Origin: Patescibacteria group bacterium
GTDB lineage: Bacteria; Patescibacteriota; Minisyncoccia; Phycocordibacterales; Phycocordibacteraceae
Assembly (NCBI GenBank): GCA_019752595.1
Contig: JAIELV010000001.1
Span: 378,551 to 442,550 of the forward strand
Reading direction: 5' to 3'
DNA length: 64,000 nt
The first letter of the stretch is position 1. Every line of letters begins with the position of its first letter. Positions 40,690-49,941 of this stretch are shown here, one piece after another. The notes beneath the pieces were generated by a model that worked only from the letters and a program-made list of their open reading frames with translations, did no database searches and was not told where the DNA came from. The position numbers and the translations under genes were made by a program.

Positions 40690-40893
40690 TTTATTAATTA
40701 TTGATATATAAAGCCAGAGATACTAAGGGCGGAAAAGAGCGGGCCAGAAGACATTTCTTCCAGATTAGTCTTCCCTTGTAATACATCAAATGCCCCTGTG
40801 GGTCAATACTTGACTCGTGTTGTAACAATGAGTATTTCTCTTCGCAAGAGGCAAGAAAACAAAGGTGTCTTTTGCATACCCACAAGTGTCTTA

Positions 40894-40941
40894 TTGTCCT
40901 TTAAAAAGGACACTACATTTGACTGTCCTTTATAAAGGACA
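40894..40941. promoter_or_regulatory. two 18-bp palindromes, TGTCCTTTAAAAAGGACA and TGTCCTTTATAAAGGACA, 30 bp apart
   Basis: In the divergent intergenic region between the giant surface-protein gene and valS. Confidence 0.55.
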
Positions 40942-41035
40942 TAGGTAAAAGACAGCAGGAAGTACTGTAAATAAACGGCTAATCTAAAGAATGTTTCCCA
41001 GAAAAGATATCCACCTGTGATAGTATTCAAAAATC

Positions 41036-43285
41036 ATGCACGACAAGTTTCTTAAGCCCTACGATTTCAAAGGAACTGAAACTGAAATCTATAAACGATG
41101 GGAAGAAGCGGGCTACTTCAATCCCGACAAACTCCCCCTTCGGCTAAACGCTCAGGGCAAGCTGGAAGACCGCAAAGAGCCGTTCACGATTGTCCTCCCT
41201 CCTCCGAATGTAACAGGCACCCTTCACATGGGTCACGCGGCAATGCTCGCGGTTGAGGATATTTTGGTCCGTACCGCCCGCATGCAGGGCAAGCGGGCGC
41301 TCTGGATTCCAGGCACCGATTCCGCAGCTATCGCCACACAATCAAAGGTTGAGGGTGAGATATATAAGAAGGAGAAGAAAACTCGCTACGACATCGGCCG
41401 CGAAGAGCTTCTAAAACGAATTGACGCATTCACCAAGGAAAGCGAATCAACCATCATTAGTCAGGTAAAGCGCATGGGCTCATCTTTGGATTGGAGCAGA
41501 TACGCATACACGTTGGACTCCAAACGCTACAGCGCCGTGATGACAGCATTCGTTCGCATGTTTGATGCAGGGCTGATCTACCGTGGAGATAGAATTGTGA
41601 ATTGGGATCCGAAACTCCAAACAACTGTGTCTGACGACGAAATTGAATACGTCGAAGAATCAGTTCCCTTCTACTATTTCAAATACGGCCCGTTCACTAT
41701 CGGTACCGTACGCCCCGAAACAAAGTTCGGCGACAAATACGTCGTTATGCATCCAGACGATGCGCGATATAGGGAATGGAAGCACGGCCAGCAAATAGAG
41801 GTGGAGTGGATTAATGGACCGATAACCGCAACGGTGATTAAAGATGAAGCAGCAGACATGGAGGTGGGTTCGGGTGTCATGACCATCACTCCCGCACACT
41901 CCGTCATAGACTTTGAAATAGCCAAGCGCCACAACCTAGACATTGAGCGTGTTATCGACGACCGCGGAATACTTTTGGACATCGCAGGTGAATTCAAAGG
42001 TCAGCACATCAAGAAAGCTCGACCAATGATTGTGGAAAAACTTCAGGCAAAAGGTCTGATTGAGAAAGTTGACGAGAAATACGTTCACAACATTGCCACC
42101 AACAGCCGAGGCGGCGGAATTATCGAGCCACAGATAAAACTTCAGTGGTTTATTGCGGTTAATAAAGAATTCGTCATCCCCCATTCTGAAATCCCTGGAA
42201 TCGCTTCGGGCTCAACGACTACACTGAAGGCGCTCATGCGAGCTGCAGTTGAAAGTCACGCGACCACGATTCTGCCCGAGCGTTTCGAACGCGTGTACAT
42301 GCACTGGATTGATAACTTGCGCGACTGGTGTATCTCGCGCCAGATTTGGTTCGGACACCGTATTCCTGCTTGGTACCGTTCGACTGACGCTCACGGCAAG
42401 TCGAACGGTACCCCGAGCGAAAGTCGAGGGGTAGAAATAAAAGTGTCAGTTGATTCCCCTGGCGCAGGCTGGGAACAGGACCCCGACACTTTGGACACGT
42501 GGTTCTCTTCGGGTTTGTGGACATTCTCAACGTTGGGCTGGCCTGAAAAAACTGAAGACTTGAAACGCTTTCACCCGACGTCAGTTCTTGAAACGGGATA
42601 CGACATTATTTTCTTCTGGGTTGCCCGCATGGTGTTGATGAGTGCATTCCACTTAGGGCAAGTGCCATTCAAAACAGTGTACCTCCACGGCTTGGTGCGC
42701 GATGCGAAAGGAAAGAAAATGTCTAAATCCCTCGGGAACATCATCGACCCCGTCGATATGATTGAAAAATACGGCGCCGACGCCGCTCGCCTCTCCCTCA
42801 TCATAGGCGCGGCACCTGGAAACGATATCAAGCTTTCTGAAGACCGCGTGCGCGGATACAAAAACTTTGCCAACAAAATCTGGAATATTGCGCGTTTCGT
42901 TCTCGAAAGCACTGAGGGGCTTGATGTAACTACGAAGCCGACACTCAGTGTCGAAGACACAGCTGACATTGAAGAATTGAATAAAACAATCGCCGAAGTC
43001 ACCAAGCAAATGAACGATTACCGTTTGGATTTAGCCGCGGACGCTACGTACCACTACATCTGGCACACATTCGCTGACGTCGTGATTGAAAAGAGTAAAG
43101 CAGCTCTCAAAGGCGACGACCTCGCAGCAAAACAGAGAACCGCGTGGAAGTTGTACACAATTCTCACCACATCATTGAAACTCATCCATCCGTTCATGCC
43201 GTTTGTGACGGAAGAAATTTGGACACACCTTCCAAAGAAAGATTCAGACATGCTGATCGTGGCCCCCTGGCCCACCATCTCCTAA
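41036..43285 (+). CDS. valS: valyl-tRNA synthetase (short form, no C-terminal coiled coil)
   Basis: HMGHA (HIGH) and KMSKS motifs, with editing-domain insertion. Confidence 0.9.
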   Translation: MHDKFLKPYDFKGTETEIYKRWEEAGYFNPDKLPLRLNAQGKLEDRKEPFTIVLPPPNVTGTLHMGHAAMLAVEDILVRTARMQGKRALWIPGTDSAAIATQSKVEGEIYKKEKKTRYDIGREELLKRIDAFTKESESTIISQVKRMGSSLDWSRYAYTLDSKRYSAVMTAFVRMFDAGLIYRGDRIVNWDPKLQTTVSDDEIEYVEESVPFYYFKYGPFTIGTVRPETKFGDKYVVMHPDDARYREWKHGQQIEVEWINGPITATVIKDEAADMEVGSGVMTITPAHSVIDFEIAKRHNLDIERVIDDRGILLDIAGEFKGQHIKKARPMIVEKLQAKGLIEKVDEKYVHNIATNSRGGGIIEPQIKLQWFIAVNKEFVIPHSEIPGIASGSTTTLKALMRAAVESHATTILPERFERVYMHWIDNLRDWCISRQIWFGHRIPAWYRSTDAHGKSNGTPSESRGVEIKVSVDSPGAGWEQDPDTLDTWFSSGLWTFSTLGWPEKTEDLKRFHPTSVLETGYDIIFFWVARMVLMSAFHLGQVPFKTVYLHGLVRDAKGKKMSKSLGNIIDPVDMIEKYGADAARLSLIIGAAPGNDIKLSEDRVRGYKNFANKIWNIARFVLESTEGLDVTTKPTLSVEDTADIEELNKTIAEVTKQMNDYRLDLAADATYHYIWHTFADVVIEKSKAALKGDDLAAKQRTAWKLYTILTTSLKLIHPFMPFVTEEIWTHLPKKDSDMLIVAPWPTIS

Positions 43286-43340
43286 ACCCACGCTGCCACC
43301 CTTACCCGTTGGCGTCCCTGTCCTCTGTTGCCCACCTCCA

Positions 43341-43364
43341 AATCTTCCCATATATGGGAAGATT
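43341..43364. promoter_or_regulatory. 24-bp perfect palindrome AATCTTCCCATATATGGGAAGATT, copy 1
   Basis: Overlaps the first ATG of the TrpR-like gene. Identical to 43831-43854. Confidence 0.7.
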
Positions 43365-43821
43365 TTCTCGAGAAATGGAGTACACTTATAACAATATGAA
43401 AATCCGCCCTGGAAAACTGACGAGGCAACAAACCATAGAGACACTCGACGCGCTTTACACTGCAGCGAGTGCAATCAAGGGTAGGGATGCTGTAAAAATG
43501 TTTCTTCGTGATCTACTCACAAAAAGCGAGCGCGTTATGCTCGGTAGAAGAATACTTATCGCGCAAAAGCTTTTAGCAGGAGAAACTCAAACAGCCATTA
43601 AACAGTCTCTCGGGGTTGGAAACGACACAATTGCCAGAGTTGAACAGTGGCTTCAAGACCAAATTCCAGGATACGAACAAGCGCTGAAGAAAATGGAAGA
43701 AGTGTACGACGCGCGCGCGATGCGGAGAGCTCCGCTTGGTACGTTTGGATATTTAAAAAGAAAATACCCTCTCCACTTCCTATTCTTTCCTATTCCGAAA
43801 CGACCCACGAGTAGAAAATAG
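43354..43821 (+). CDS. TrpR-related YerC/YecD-family DNA-binding protein
   Basis: ERVMLGRRILIAQKLLAGETQTAIKQSLGVGNDTIARV is a Trp-repressor-like HTH. Start is uncertain (43354, 43375 or 43396). Confidence 0.65.
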   Translation: MGRFSREMEYTYNNMKIRPGKLTRQQTIETLDALYTAASAIKGRDAVKMFLRDLLTKSERVMLGRRILIAQKLLAGETQTAIKQSLGVGNDTIARVEQWLQDQIPGYEQALKKMEEVYDARAMRRAPLGTFGYLKRKYPLHFLFFPIPKRPTSRK

Positions 43822-43830
43822 TTTTCAACC

Positions 43831-43854
43831 AATCTTCCCATATATGGGAAGATT
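43831..43854. promoter_or_regulatory. 24-bp perfect palindrome AATCTTCCCATATATGGGAAGATT, copy 2
   Basis: Downstream of the TrpR-like gene and upstream of prsW. Confidence 0.7.
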
Positions 43855-43933
43855 GCACATTACGTTACTCACGAAATCACCCCAAGAATACTTAATGGAT
43901 TGGGTATGAAATTTTATACGTTAGAATAAAGCA

Positions 43934-44668
43934 ATGTTTTCCCTCTTCGGTATAGAGGCTTCTGCTGCATTGATTGCACTTGCTGCAGGATTTATACCTG
44001 CACTCATTTGGATGGTTTTCTGGATGTACGAGGACAAGCGCCGTCCTGAACCGCGCCACATGGTGATTCGCACCTTCCTTCTCGGCATGCTGTGCGTGAT
44101 TCTGGTTTTGCCGTTGGAGAAAATGGCGGTTGATGCGGGTATCCCCGTGTCGTTCTTTCTCTTTTTTGTGTGGGCAGGCATAGAAGAAATAGTGAAATTC
44201 GCGCTTGCGCTTTTGTTTGTGCTTCGCAATTCTGCCGTTGATGAACCGATTGATATTCCGATTTATATGATTTCAATCGCTCTTGGCTTTGCAGCGCTCG
44301 AAAACACACTTTTCCTTTTAACACCGATTACAGACGGAAAACTTTTGGAGAGCATCGTCACGGGAAATTTGCGCTTCGTGGGTGCGTCACTGATTCACGT
44401 GCTTTCATCGGCGGTTATCGGTGGTGCGCTTGCATTCGCCTTCTATCGCGATTTTTGGGACAAAGTGTGGTATGCCGTCGTGGGAGTTATCCTCGCAATT
44501 TCATTGCATGCAGTGTTTAACTTCCTTATAATCACTACAGGCGCAGGCAACATACTGACCGTTTTCTTGGGCGTGTGGGTCGGCATCATTTTCCTTCTCC
44601 TCACACTTGAACGAGTCAAAGCGCTCCGACGTCCAGCCTGGTGGCAAAAAACATTTATGAAACGCTAA
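43934..44668 (+). CDS. PrsW-family intramembrane metalloprotease
   Basis: Polytopic. EExxK (IEEIVKF), FAALEN and HxxxxxxxG motifs typical of PrsW/DUF818. Confidence 0.7.
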   Translation: MFSLFGIEASAALIALAAGFIPALIWMVFWMYEDKRRPEPRHMVIRTFLLGMLCVILVLPLEKMAVDAGIPVSFFLFFVWAGIEEIVKFALALLFVLRNSAVDEPIDIPIYMISIALGFAALENTLFLLTPITDGKLLESIVTGNLRFVGASLIHVLSSAVIGGALAFAFYRDFWDKVWYAVVGVILAISLHAVFNFLIITTGAGNILTVFLGVWVGIIFLLLTLERVKALRRPAWWQKTFMKR

Positions 44669-44678
44669 TCATTCTCAT

Positions 44679-45164
44679 ATGGCAAAAAAACCATCTTTCT
44701 TCGACAGACTGACAGGCGCTTCAAACTACGAAACCGATTTCGATTCTTTTGAGGATGAAGCTCCGCAGGCAAAACCCGTGCGTGGCCAGCAAGCACAAAC
44801 AGCGCAACCAGTTGCAATGCAAAGCGAAGAGGTAGGCGTAGCGCAGTTGACTGTTGATGTATATCAGACGGATGCCGACATTATCATTCGCGCATTGGTT
44901 GCAGGTGTACGCCCTGAAGATTTGGATATCGCTATTACGCGCGACATGGTGACTATCAAAGGAAAGCGCGTGGAGCAGAAAGAAGTACAGGAAAACAATT
45001 ACGTGTATCAGGAATTGTATTGGGGTGCATTTGAAAGAACCGTAGTCCTTCCTGCCGAGGTAGATGTTGATATGGCTGAAGCTTCAGAAAAGCATGGACT
45101 TTTGACCGTACGACTTCCAAAGATAAACAAAGACCGTCAAACGAAACTTAAAGTCCGCGGGTAA
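44679..45164 (+). CDS. Hsp20/alpha-crystallin small heat-shock protein
   Basis: Alpha-crystallin domain pattern (DVYQTDADIIIRAxVAGV...LPAEVD...GLLTVRLPK). Confidence 0.8.
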   Translation: MAKKPSFFDRLTGASNYETDFDSFEDEAPQAKPVRGQQAQTAQPVAMQSEEVGVAQLTVDVYQTDADIIIRALVAGVRPEDLDIAITRDMVTIKGKRVEQKEVQENNYVYQELYWGAFERTVVLPAEVDVDMAEASEKHGLLTVRLPKINKDRQTKLKVRG

Positions 45165-45237
45165 AGGTACCTCAGGAACAAGCCTCACGGCTTTCACCTT
45201 TCTGGCTCCTCGGCTCGGAAATAAAAAGCGGAGCTTT

Positions 45238-45633
45238 TCATTTCTCTCGCTCTACGTCACCAGTGATTGCCTGAACTTCCGTCCAGCCAATACTTTTCCC
45301 CCATACGCCGTTCTCTTTTCGCACTGGCCACCTACCTTCACGCACAATACGTAATCCAATCGGATTTCGATTTGGTGTGTGCTCTACTTCCTGAATTGAA
45401 TTAATCGTGAGTGGAAACCTGAGTGGAACCTGAACACCATCAAGGTACAAGCCTGCATCTCCACCATCAGCAACAACTTTTTCAAAAAGACCCACTGCAC
45501 TCAAAGCGCTTCCCTCTTCGGACACCTGAAGTATTTTTGGTTCAACTGTTTCCATCGCGGAATTCATGACGCCTTGCATCCGAAGATGCGCAAGCGCGTA
45601 CATGGGAGAAGGACAGTACAACTCTTTCGACAT
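45238..45633 (-). CDS. hypothetical protein
   Basis: 131-aa ORF with no motif. Confidence 0.35.
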   Translation of the reverse strand: MSKELYCPSPMYALAHLRMQGVMNSAMETVEPKILQVSEEGSALSAVGLFEKVVADGGDAGLYLDGVQVPLRFPLTINSIQEVEHTPNRNPIGLRIVREGRWPVRKENGVWGKSIGWTEVQAITGDVEREK

Positions 45634-45639
45634 ATAGCG

Positions 45640-46242
45640 CTAGTTACTAACGGGAAGTCCACCAAGATCTTCGCTCTGAATTTCTTTGTAGAGTGGGTTT
45701 TTCTTAAGTGCTGGTTTGCCATCTTTCTCCACTACGTAGTATGCAAAACCGCGCATGCGCTTTACTGGCTCATAGTCAGCGTGCCCAGGCATCGATACAG
45801 GGTTTGCTTCATCAAAATTCACAGGGCTATCGTCTGCCGTTACGAAATATGTGTTCCCCGTGTTAACCACCAAATGCCCTTCTTCAGGAGGCATGTAGAC
45901 GTGATCTCCTGCCTTTACGGGGATTGCTTTGAACGATTCAATAACGTCGTCCAATGGTTCTCCATTCGCATCCTTTGCACGCTTCTGTAAAAGCGCTACA
46001 CCTTCACCGAGAAGAATGTAATAGTTTTCATCCAGCTGACCTACGTGATAATGGCCGTACGTTTTTATGTATTCGCCTGAGATCATCCCTGGCTCCCACA
46101 CAGTGACGTTCCGCTGGTCTTTGCCTCCGCGAATCATGTAGTAGTGGATAGACGGCCCGCCCGCGTTTGGGTCCATCAAAACCTCCTGCATCTTTTCGTG
46201 CGTGCGTGCTGCGTAGTGTTTTCCGACAAATTGAAAGTCCAT
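45640..46242 (-). CDS. cupin-type (archaeal-type) glucose-6-phosphate isomerase
   Basis: About 200 aa cupin. TYGHYH metal motif and YMIRGGKD-like block resemble the cPGI family (Pyrococcus-type). Confidence 0.6.
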   Translation of the reverse strand: MDFQFVGKHYAARTHEKMQEVLMDPNAGGPSIHYYMIRGGKDQRNVTVWEPGMISGEYIKTYGHYHVGQLDENYYILLGEGVALLQKRAKDANGEPLDDVIESFKAIPVKAGDHVYMPPEEGHLVVNTGNTYFVTADDSPVNFDEANPVSMPGHADYEPVKRMRGFAYYVVEKDGKPALKKNPLYKEIQSEDLGGLPVSN

Positions 46243-46284
46243 ATGTATTTACAGGGTAGCAAAAAATAGTACCACAAAAACTTT

Positions 46285-47424
46285 CTAGAGGTTTCTCTCA
46301 GGGTAAAGACTCCTATTTAGAAATTCGATATACGAATCCCAATCACGCGAAACGGTGTGCCCTCCTACTCGATGTGTTTTGAATTCGAGAGTTGGAACCT
46401 GACCTCTCCTCATTCGAATCTTATTTGCGGATGCGACTGTTTTTTCCTGTAACTCAGGTGCTGACCACCAATCAGTTTCATCAACAGAAACGAGGACGGG
46501 CACATCCGACATCGCTAAGAGATGTTTTTGGCCGTACGGTATTTTTCTAACCTGAGCAATGAGATTCAAAAATCCGGGACGATACCAATGCGAAAAAAGA
46601 TACGCCATCAACGCGGAAGGCTCGCCTGCTCCGCTTTTGAGTGGTGTTGCTCCCGCTTTACCCGAGGCAACAGCAATGCCTGCCTTAAATGGGTGTTCGT
46701 GCGCTAACGCAACATGAACCGATTTTCCAAGGCGTGAAAAACCCATGACCGCCATGCGTGCAGCGTCTATCATCGGTTCATCTTGGATAGCGTGTGCAAT
46801 GTGCGACATACTCCACGCCCACATTGCAATAGCGCCAGGCCTTTGGTGTGCTTCTAAAAGTTCGGGATATAAACCGTATCCACCGATATCAGACGGTTTC
46901 GGATGCGTGTCGGGAACGATGTCATCATATGAATACGTAACTGCAGCATAGCCTCGCGATATAATTTCGTTTACATCAAAACGATCTTTTTTCGATCCAC
47001 GGTGTTCCTCTCTGAAAGCAATTTCGTACCGAGGACTTATGGAATGCACGGTTCTGGACAGGACATTCGGATCTGAAGTTACGGAATGATTACCGTATAT
47101 ATTTGGAGATACCAAGACTGGAAAGTTTCCTTCCTTTGCAGGAGTATTAAGCAACACAATCACCTTGATTGATTTCCCCGCTCTCGATAATGTCACTGCA
47201 AATTGTTTTCTATATCCTATTTCATTCCCTGTAGTGGAATCAAAAATAGGACCTTCTTCAAGGAGTTCTTTTTCAAGATGGGGCGATTCCTTTGGTACCT
47301 TCCCGTACACTTTGTCGGTAAAAAAGTGACGTGCTCCCGATATCCTTTCAGGGTAAATTTCTTCGTCGCGAAACTCACCGTCCGCGTATCTAAATGCCCG
47401 AATATCGGACTCCAAAGAACTCAT
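46285..47424 (-). CDS. alpha/beta-hydrolase, glucuronoyl-esterase (CE15)-like
   Basis: GFSRLGKS nucleophile elbow resembles the CE15 G-C-S-R-x-G motif, 379 aa. Confidence 0.45.
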   Translation of the reverse strand: MSSLESDIRAFRYADGEFRDEEIYPERISGARHFFTDKVYGKVPKESPHLEKELLEEGPIFDSTTGNEIGYRKQFAVTLSRAGKSIKVIVLLNTPAKEGNFPVLVSPNIYGNHSVTSDPNVLSRTVHSISPRYEIAFREEHRGSKKDRFDVNEIISRGYAAVTYSYDDIVPDTHPKPSDIGGYGLYPELLEAHQRPGAIAMWAWSMSHIAHAIQDEPMIDAARMAVMGFSRLGKSVHVALAHEHPFKAGIAVASGKAGATPLKSGAGEPSALMAYLFSHWYRPGFLNLIAQVRKIPYGQKHLLAMSDVPVLVSVDETDWWSAPELQEKTVASANKIRMRRGQVPTLEFKTHRVGGHTVSRDWDSYIEFLNRSLYPERNL

Positions 47425-47503
47425 GATGCTTGGGGTATGAATACATACTCAAGCACCTCATTCAACAATGCCGAAGCGAGCTTTGTCGTTGTATTCATTT
47501 CGG

Positions 47504-47577
47504 TGCTTGGGGTGAGATTCGAACTCACGACCCCTCCCTCTTCAGGGGAGTGCTCTAACCAACTGAGCTACCCAAGC
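47504..47577 (-). tRNA. tRNA-Phe (anticodon GAA)
   Basis: Manual fold: GCTTGGG acceptor, anticodon loop CTGAAGA, T-arm GTGAGTTCGAATCTCAC. Confidence 0.9.
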
Positions 47578-47787
47578 GAACGAGAAGGAAAATAAGGAAC
47601 TTGTTCACTTATTTTCTTCGAGTGAGCTTGGGAAAGCTTGGCTTACCCATAGCAAACTCGCTTAGGATAATAGCGCGAAGTGCGTCTTTTTGCGAGTGAA
47701 AGAAAAAAGAAAGCTCACTCTCTTTTTTCGCGAACCGAGCAAAAAGAATCCTAAGCGAATTAGCTTAGGAAGCTTGGACAAGGCTTC

Positions 47788-48192
47788 CTAATCTACCCTT
47801 CCTGTGCGCGATACCAACCCCGTCGTAGGAGTAGCTCTGGGAGTAACGTCCTTCAGAACAACCTCCCGAGCACTGTCCTCACTCATAACGTCTACTATTC
47901 GGTATAACTGAGCGTAATCAGCAAGCGTTTTTCTTTCAAGCCAGTTCGCAAGTTTACTAGCACCCAAACAAATTCCATACGAAATTGGCACACTGCCCAA
48001 AACGCTGGAAACCGCTAACTCGGGAGAGCGCGTTAAAATACCAATAAAAAGAGGCGCGGCAGCGGGTATGTAGGAAGCGAATTGAATTGGTACTTCGTTA
48101 TTTCTTAAAAAATTTACTGCGGGGAAACGCCATTCCAATTCATCAAAACGTCCACGCACCCCCTCTACCGTCAAAGCCTCACTTTTTTGCAT
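47788..48192 (-). CDS. hypothetical protein
   Basis: 134-aa ORF. Confidence 0.35.
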   Translation of the reverse strand: MQKSEALTVEGVRGRFDELEWRFPAVNFLRNNEVPIQFASYIPAAAPLFIGILTRSPELAVSSVLGSVPISYGICLGASKLANWLERKTLADYAQLYRIVDVMSEDSAREVVLKDVTPRATPTTGLVSRTGRVD

Positions 48193-48227
48193 AGCGAGTA
48201 AAAACTAGCACAAAACGATTTTTGGGT

Positions 48228-48551
48228 CTACTGCCCCACCGCCGCCTTTGCTTGCTCTATGAGTTTTGCAAAGTCAAAACCTGCGCCTGCCTCCTGAAGC
48301 TTGCTGAGCGCGTCAGACATCTGTGCAGACTGCCCTTGTGCGGTTTGGTAGGCAGTCATAATTCCCTCGAGGTACGGTTGAAGGTAGAGCCACGTGAGGT
48401 ATGGCAGTACAACTACGAGAACGACCCACCAGACGAAGTGAATGATGCCGCCAATCATGGCGTCGCGTCGCATGTCTTTCAGCATGCGGTTATTCTCTTT
48501 GGTGAGAGCGTATAAGTCTTTCAACTGATCTTCAGGAATGATGACTCCCAT
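48228..48551 (-). CDS. small membrane protein, hypothetical
   Basis: 107 aa, central TM helix (WWVVLVVVLPYLTWLYL). Confidence 0.4.
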   Translation of the reverse strand: MGVIIPEDQLKDLYALTKENNRMLKDMRRDAMIGGIIHFVWWVVLVVVLPYLTWLYLQPYLEGIMTAYQTAQGQSAQMSDALSKLQEAGAGFDFAKLIEQAKAAVGQ

Positions 48552-48576
48552 ATTGAAAAAGTATACATCAAATTTT

Positions 48577-48648
48577 GTGCCATCGTCAGGAGTCGAACCT
48601 GAATCAGCTCGTTAGGAGTGAGCCGTTCTATCCATTGAACTACGACGG
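48577..48648 (-). tRNA. tRNA-Arg (anticodon CCT)
   Basis: Manual fold: GCCGTCG acceptor with a G-T wobble, anticodon loop CTCCTAA, T-arm TCAGGTTCGACTCCTGA. Confidence 0.85.
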
Positions 48649-48663
48649 CGAGTGAGAAAGAAC

Positions 48664-48685
48664 ATAGAAATGCTAGCATTTCTAT
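48664..48685. promoter_or_regulatory. 22-bp perfect palindrome ATAGAAATGCTAGCATTTCTAT just upstream of the tRNA-Arg 5' end
   Basis: Seen in sequence. Confidence 0.5.
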
Positions 48686-48836
48686 ACTTTTCGAACGAGC
48701 CGTCGAAAGCTTTTGTTTCAAAAGCTTACTGCGGGGCGTTCTCGACTTCAACCCTTGCAAGACTTACACGCGAGGCCGTGCAAAGAGCTTATCACGCTCA
48801 GTATGACGAAAAAACCGCCCTTTCGGGCGGCTTTGC

Positions 48837-49094
48837 TTAAGCCTTGAGGCCTAGAAGTTCTGCAATTTTCTCGCGGTCAAAGCCAATAATGACGTCGTCA
48901 CCAATAACAATAACTGGTACGCCCATTTGGCTGGTGATATCAAACATTTCCTGACGGCGTTCCAAATCTTTTGAAACGTCGTAATTTACGAACTGAATGT
49001 TGTTTTCAGCAAAATACTCCTTTGCCATCTGGCAGAAGTGGCAGGTGGGGGTCGAATAAATCGCTACTGTTTTTTGCTGTGTGGTTGATTCCAT
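48837..49094 (-). CDS. glutaredoxin-like protein (CxxC thioredoxin fold)
   Basis: VAIYSTPTCHFCQMAKEYF active site, about 85 aa. Terminator downstream at 48808-48836. Confidence 0.75.
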   Translation of the reverse strand: MESTTQQKTVAIYSTPTCHFCQMAKEYFAENNIQFVNYDVSKDLERRQEMFDITSQMGVPVIVIGDDVIIGFDREKIAELLGLKA

Positions 49095-49183
49095 ATATCT
49101 TTTAGTTAACTTGGATGACAAGTGTACCATACTTGTCTTTTGGGTGTGGAAAAGAGTATTTTCTCTCGCTCACATATAGATTT

Positions 49184-49534
49184 TTATTCCCCCCTTTGTT
49201 CTTTAAAGAAGGCTGTGCGTCTCTCCATGCACCCGTATCCTCCCTCAGGAAAACCGCCGCTACACACGAGAGGCTGATCGGTACCATGGATGCCGCATTT
49301 CAACATCCCTGTTGCAGGGTCTTTTTCTAAATGCCCGCATTTCCCCTCCATTTTGTAATACCCTCGTACATCCCGCCCTGTATCTGGTCGCCCCACAAAT
49401 TTCAATACCGTTCCAGCAGTCTTGAGAATACTCACCTCATCATCATTCAAAGGTAGGATGATGTTTTGACAGCACGCTGCCTCGCAGTTCGCGCAATTTG
49501 GCCTCGACAACAGTTTAGGTGCTTCTTTGTTCAT
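49184..49534 (-). CDS. YkgJ/UPF0153-family CxxCxxCC metal-binding protein
   Basis: CANCEAACCQ motif plus additional conserved Cys. Confidence 0.6.
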   Translation of the reverse strand: MNKEAPKLLSRPNCANCEAACCQNIILPLNDDEVSILKTAGTVLKFVGRPDTGRDVRGYYKMEGKCGHLEKDPATGMLKCGIHGTDQPLVCSGGFPEGGYGCMERRTAFFKEQRGE

Positions 49535-49536
49535 AT

Positions 49537-49923
49537 TTATTCTTCCCCGCGCAAGAAAGCGTCTTTATCAAATCCTGATGGTGCAACACCCTGCATCTCA
49601 CGCTGAAGCCTGCAACTCAACGATCCTGGTACAAAAGTTTTGCATGCATGAGGTCTGTCTGGATTCTCGTGTTGCGTACATATTGAATTCCCTGTGAGAG
49701 GGTCTTTTCCTATGTGTCCACAATCGCTGCGAAATTCATACAACGCTATTGCATGCATAACGTCTAAGTCTCTCAGCGGAGCTAAGTCTGTGCCACCACG
49801 CCTCAGAAACGCTGCTTCTTTCGGAGTAAATACACCTTCAATCCCTGCCTTACAACACGCCGAACAATTTGCGCAGGTTATCTCTCCGCGATTTTCTATA
49901 CTCATCAAAATACTAAACAACAA
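49537..49923 (-). CDS. YkgJ/UPF0153-family CxxCxxCC metal-binding protein (tandem paralog)
   Basis: CANCSACCK motif. Confidence 0.6.
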   Translation of the reverse strand: MLFSILMSIENRGEITCANCSACCKAGIEGVFTPKEAAFLRRGGTDLAPLRDLDVMHAIALYEFRSDCGHIGKDPLTGNSICTQHENPDRPHACKTFVPGSLSCRLQREMQGVAPSGFDKDAFLRGEE

Positions 49924-49941
49924 TTTAGAACAAAAAACAAG

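Noticed and set aside
47203-47595. 130-aa plus-strand ORF overlapping tRNA-Phe and the 5' end of the CE15-like gene
   Set aside because: It overlaps a well-folded tRNA and is antisense to a real gene, so it is spurious.
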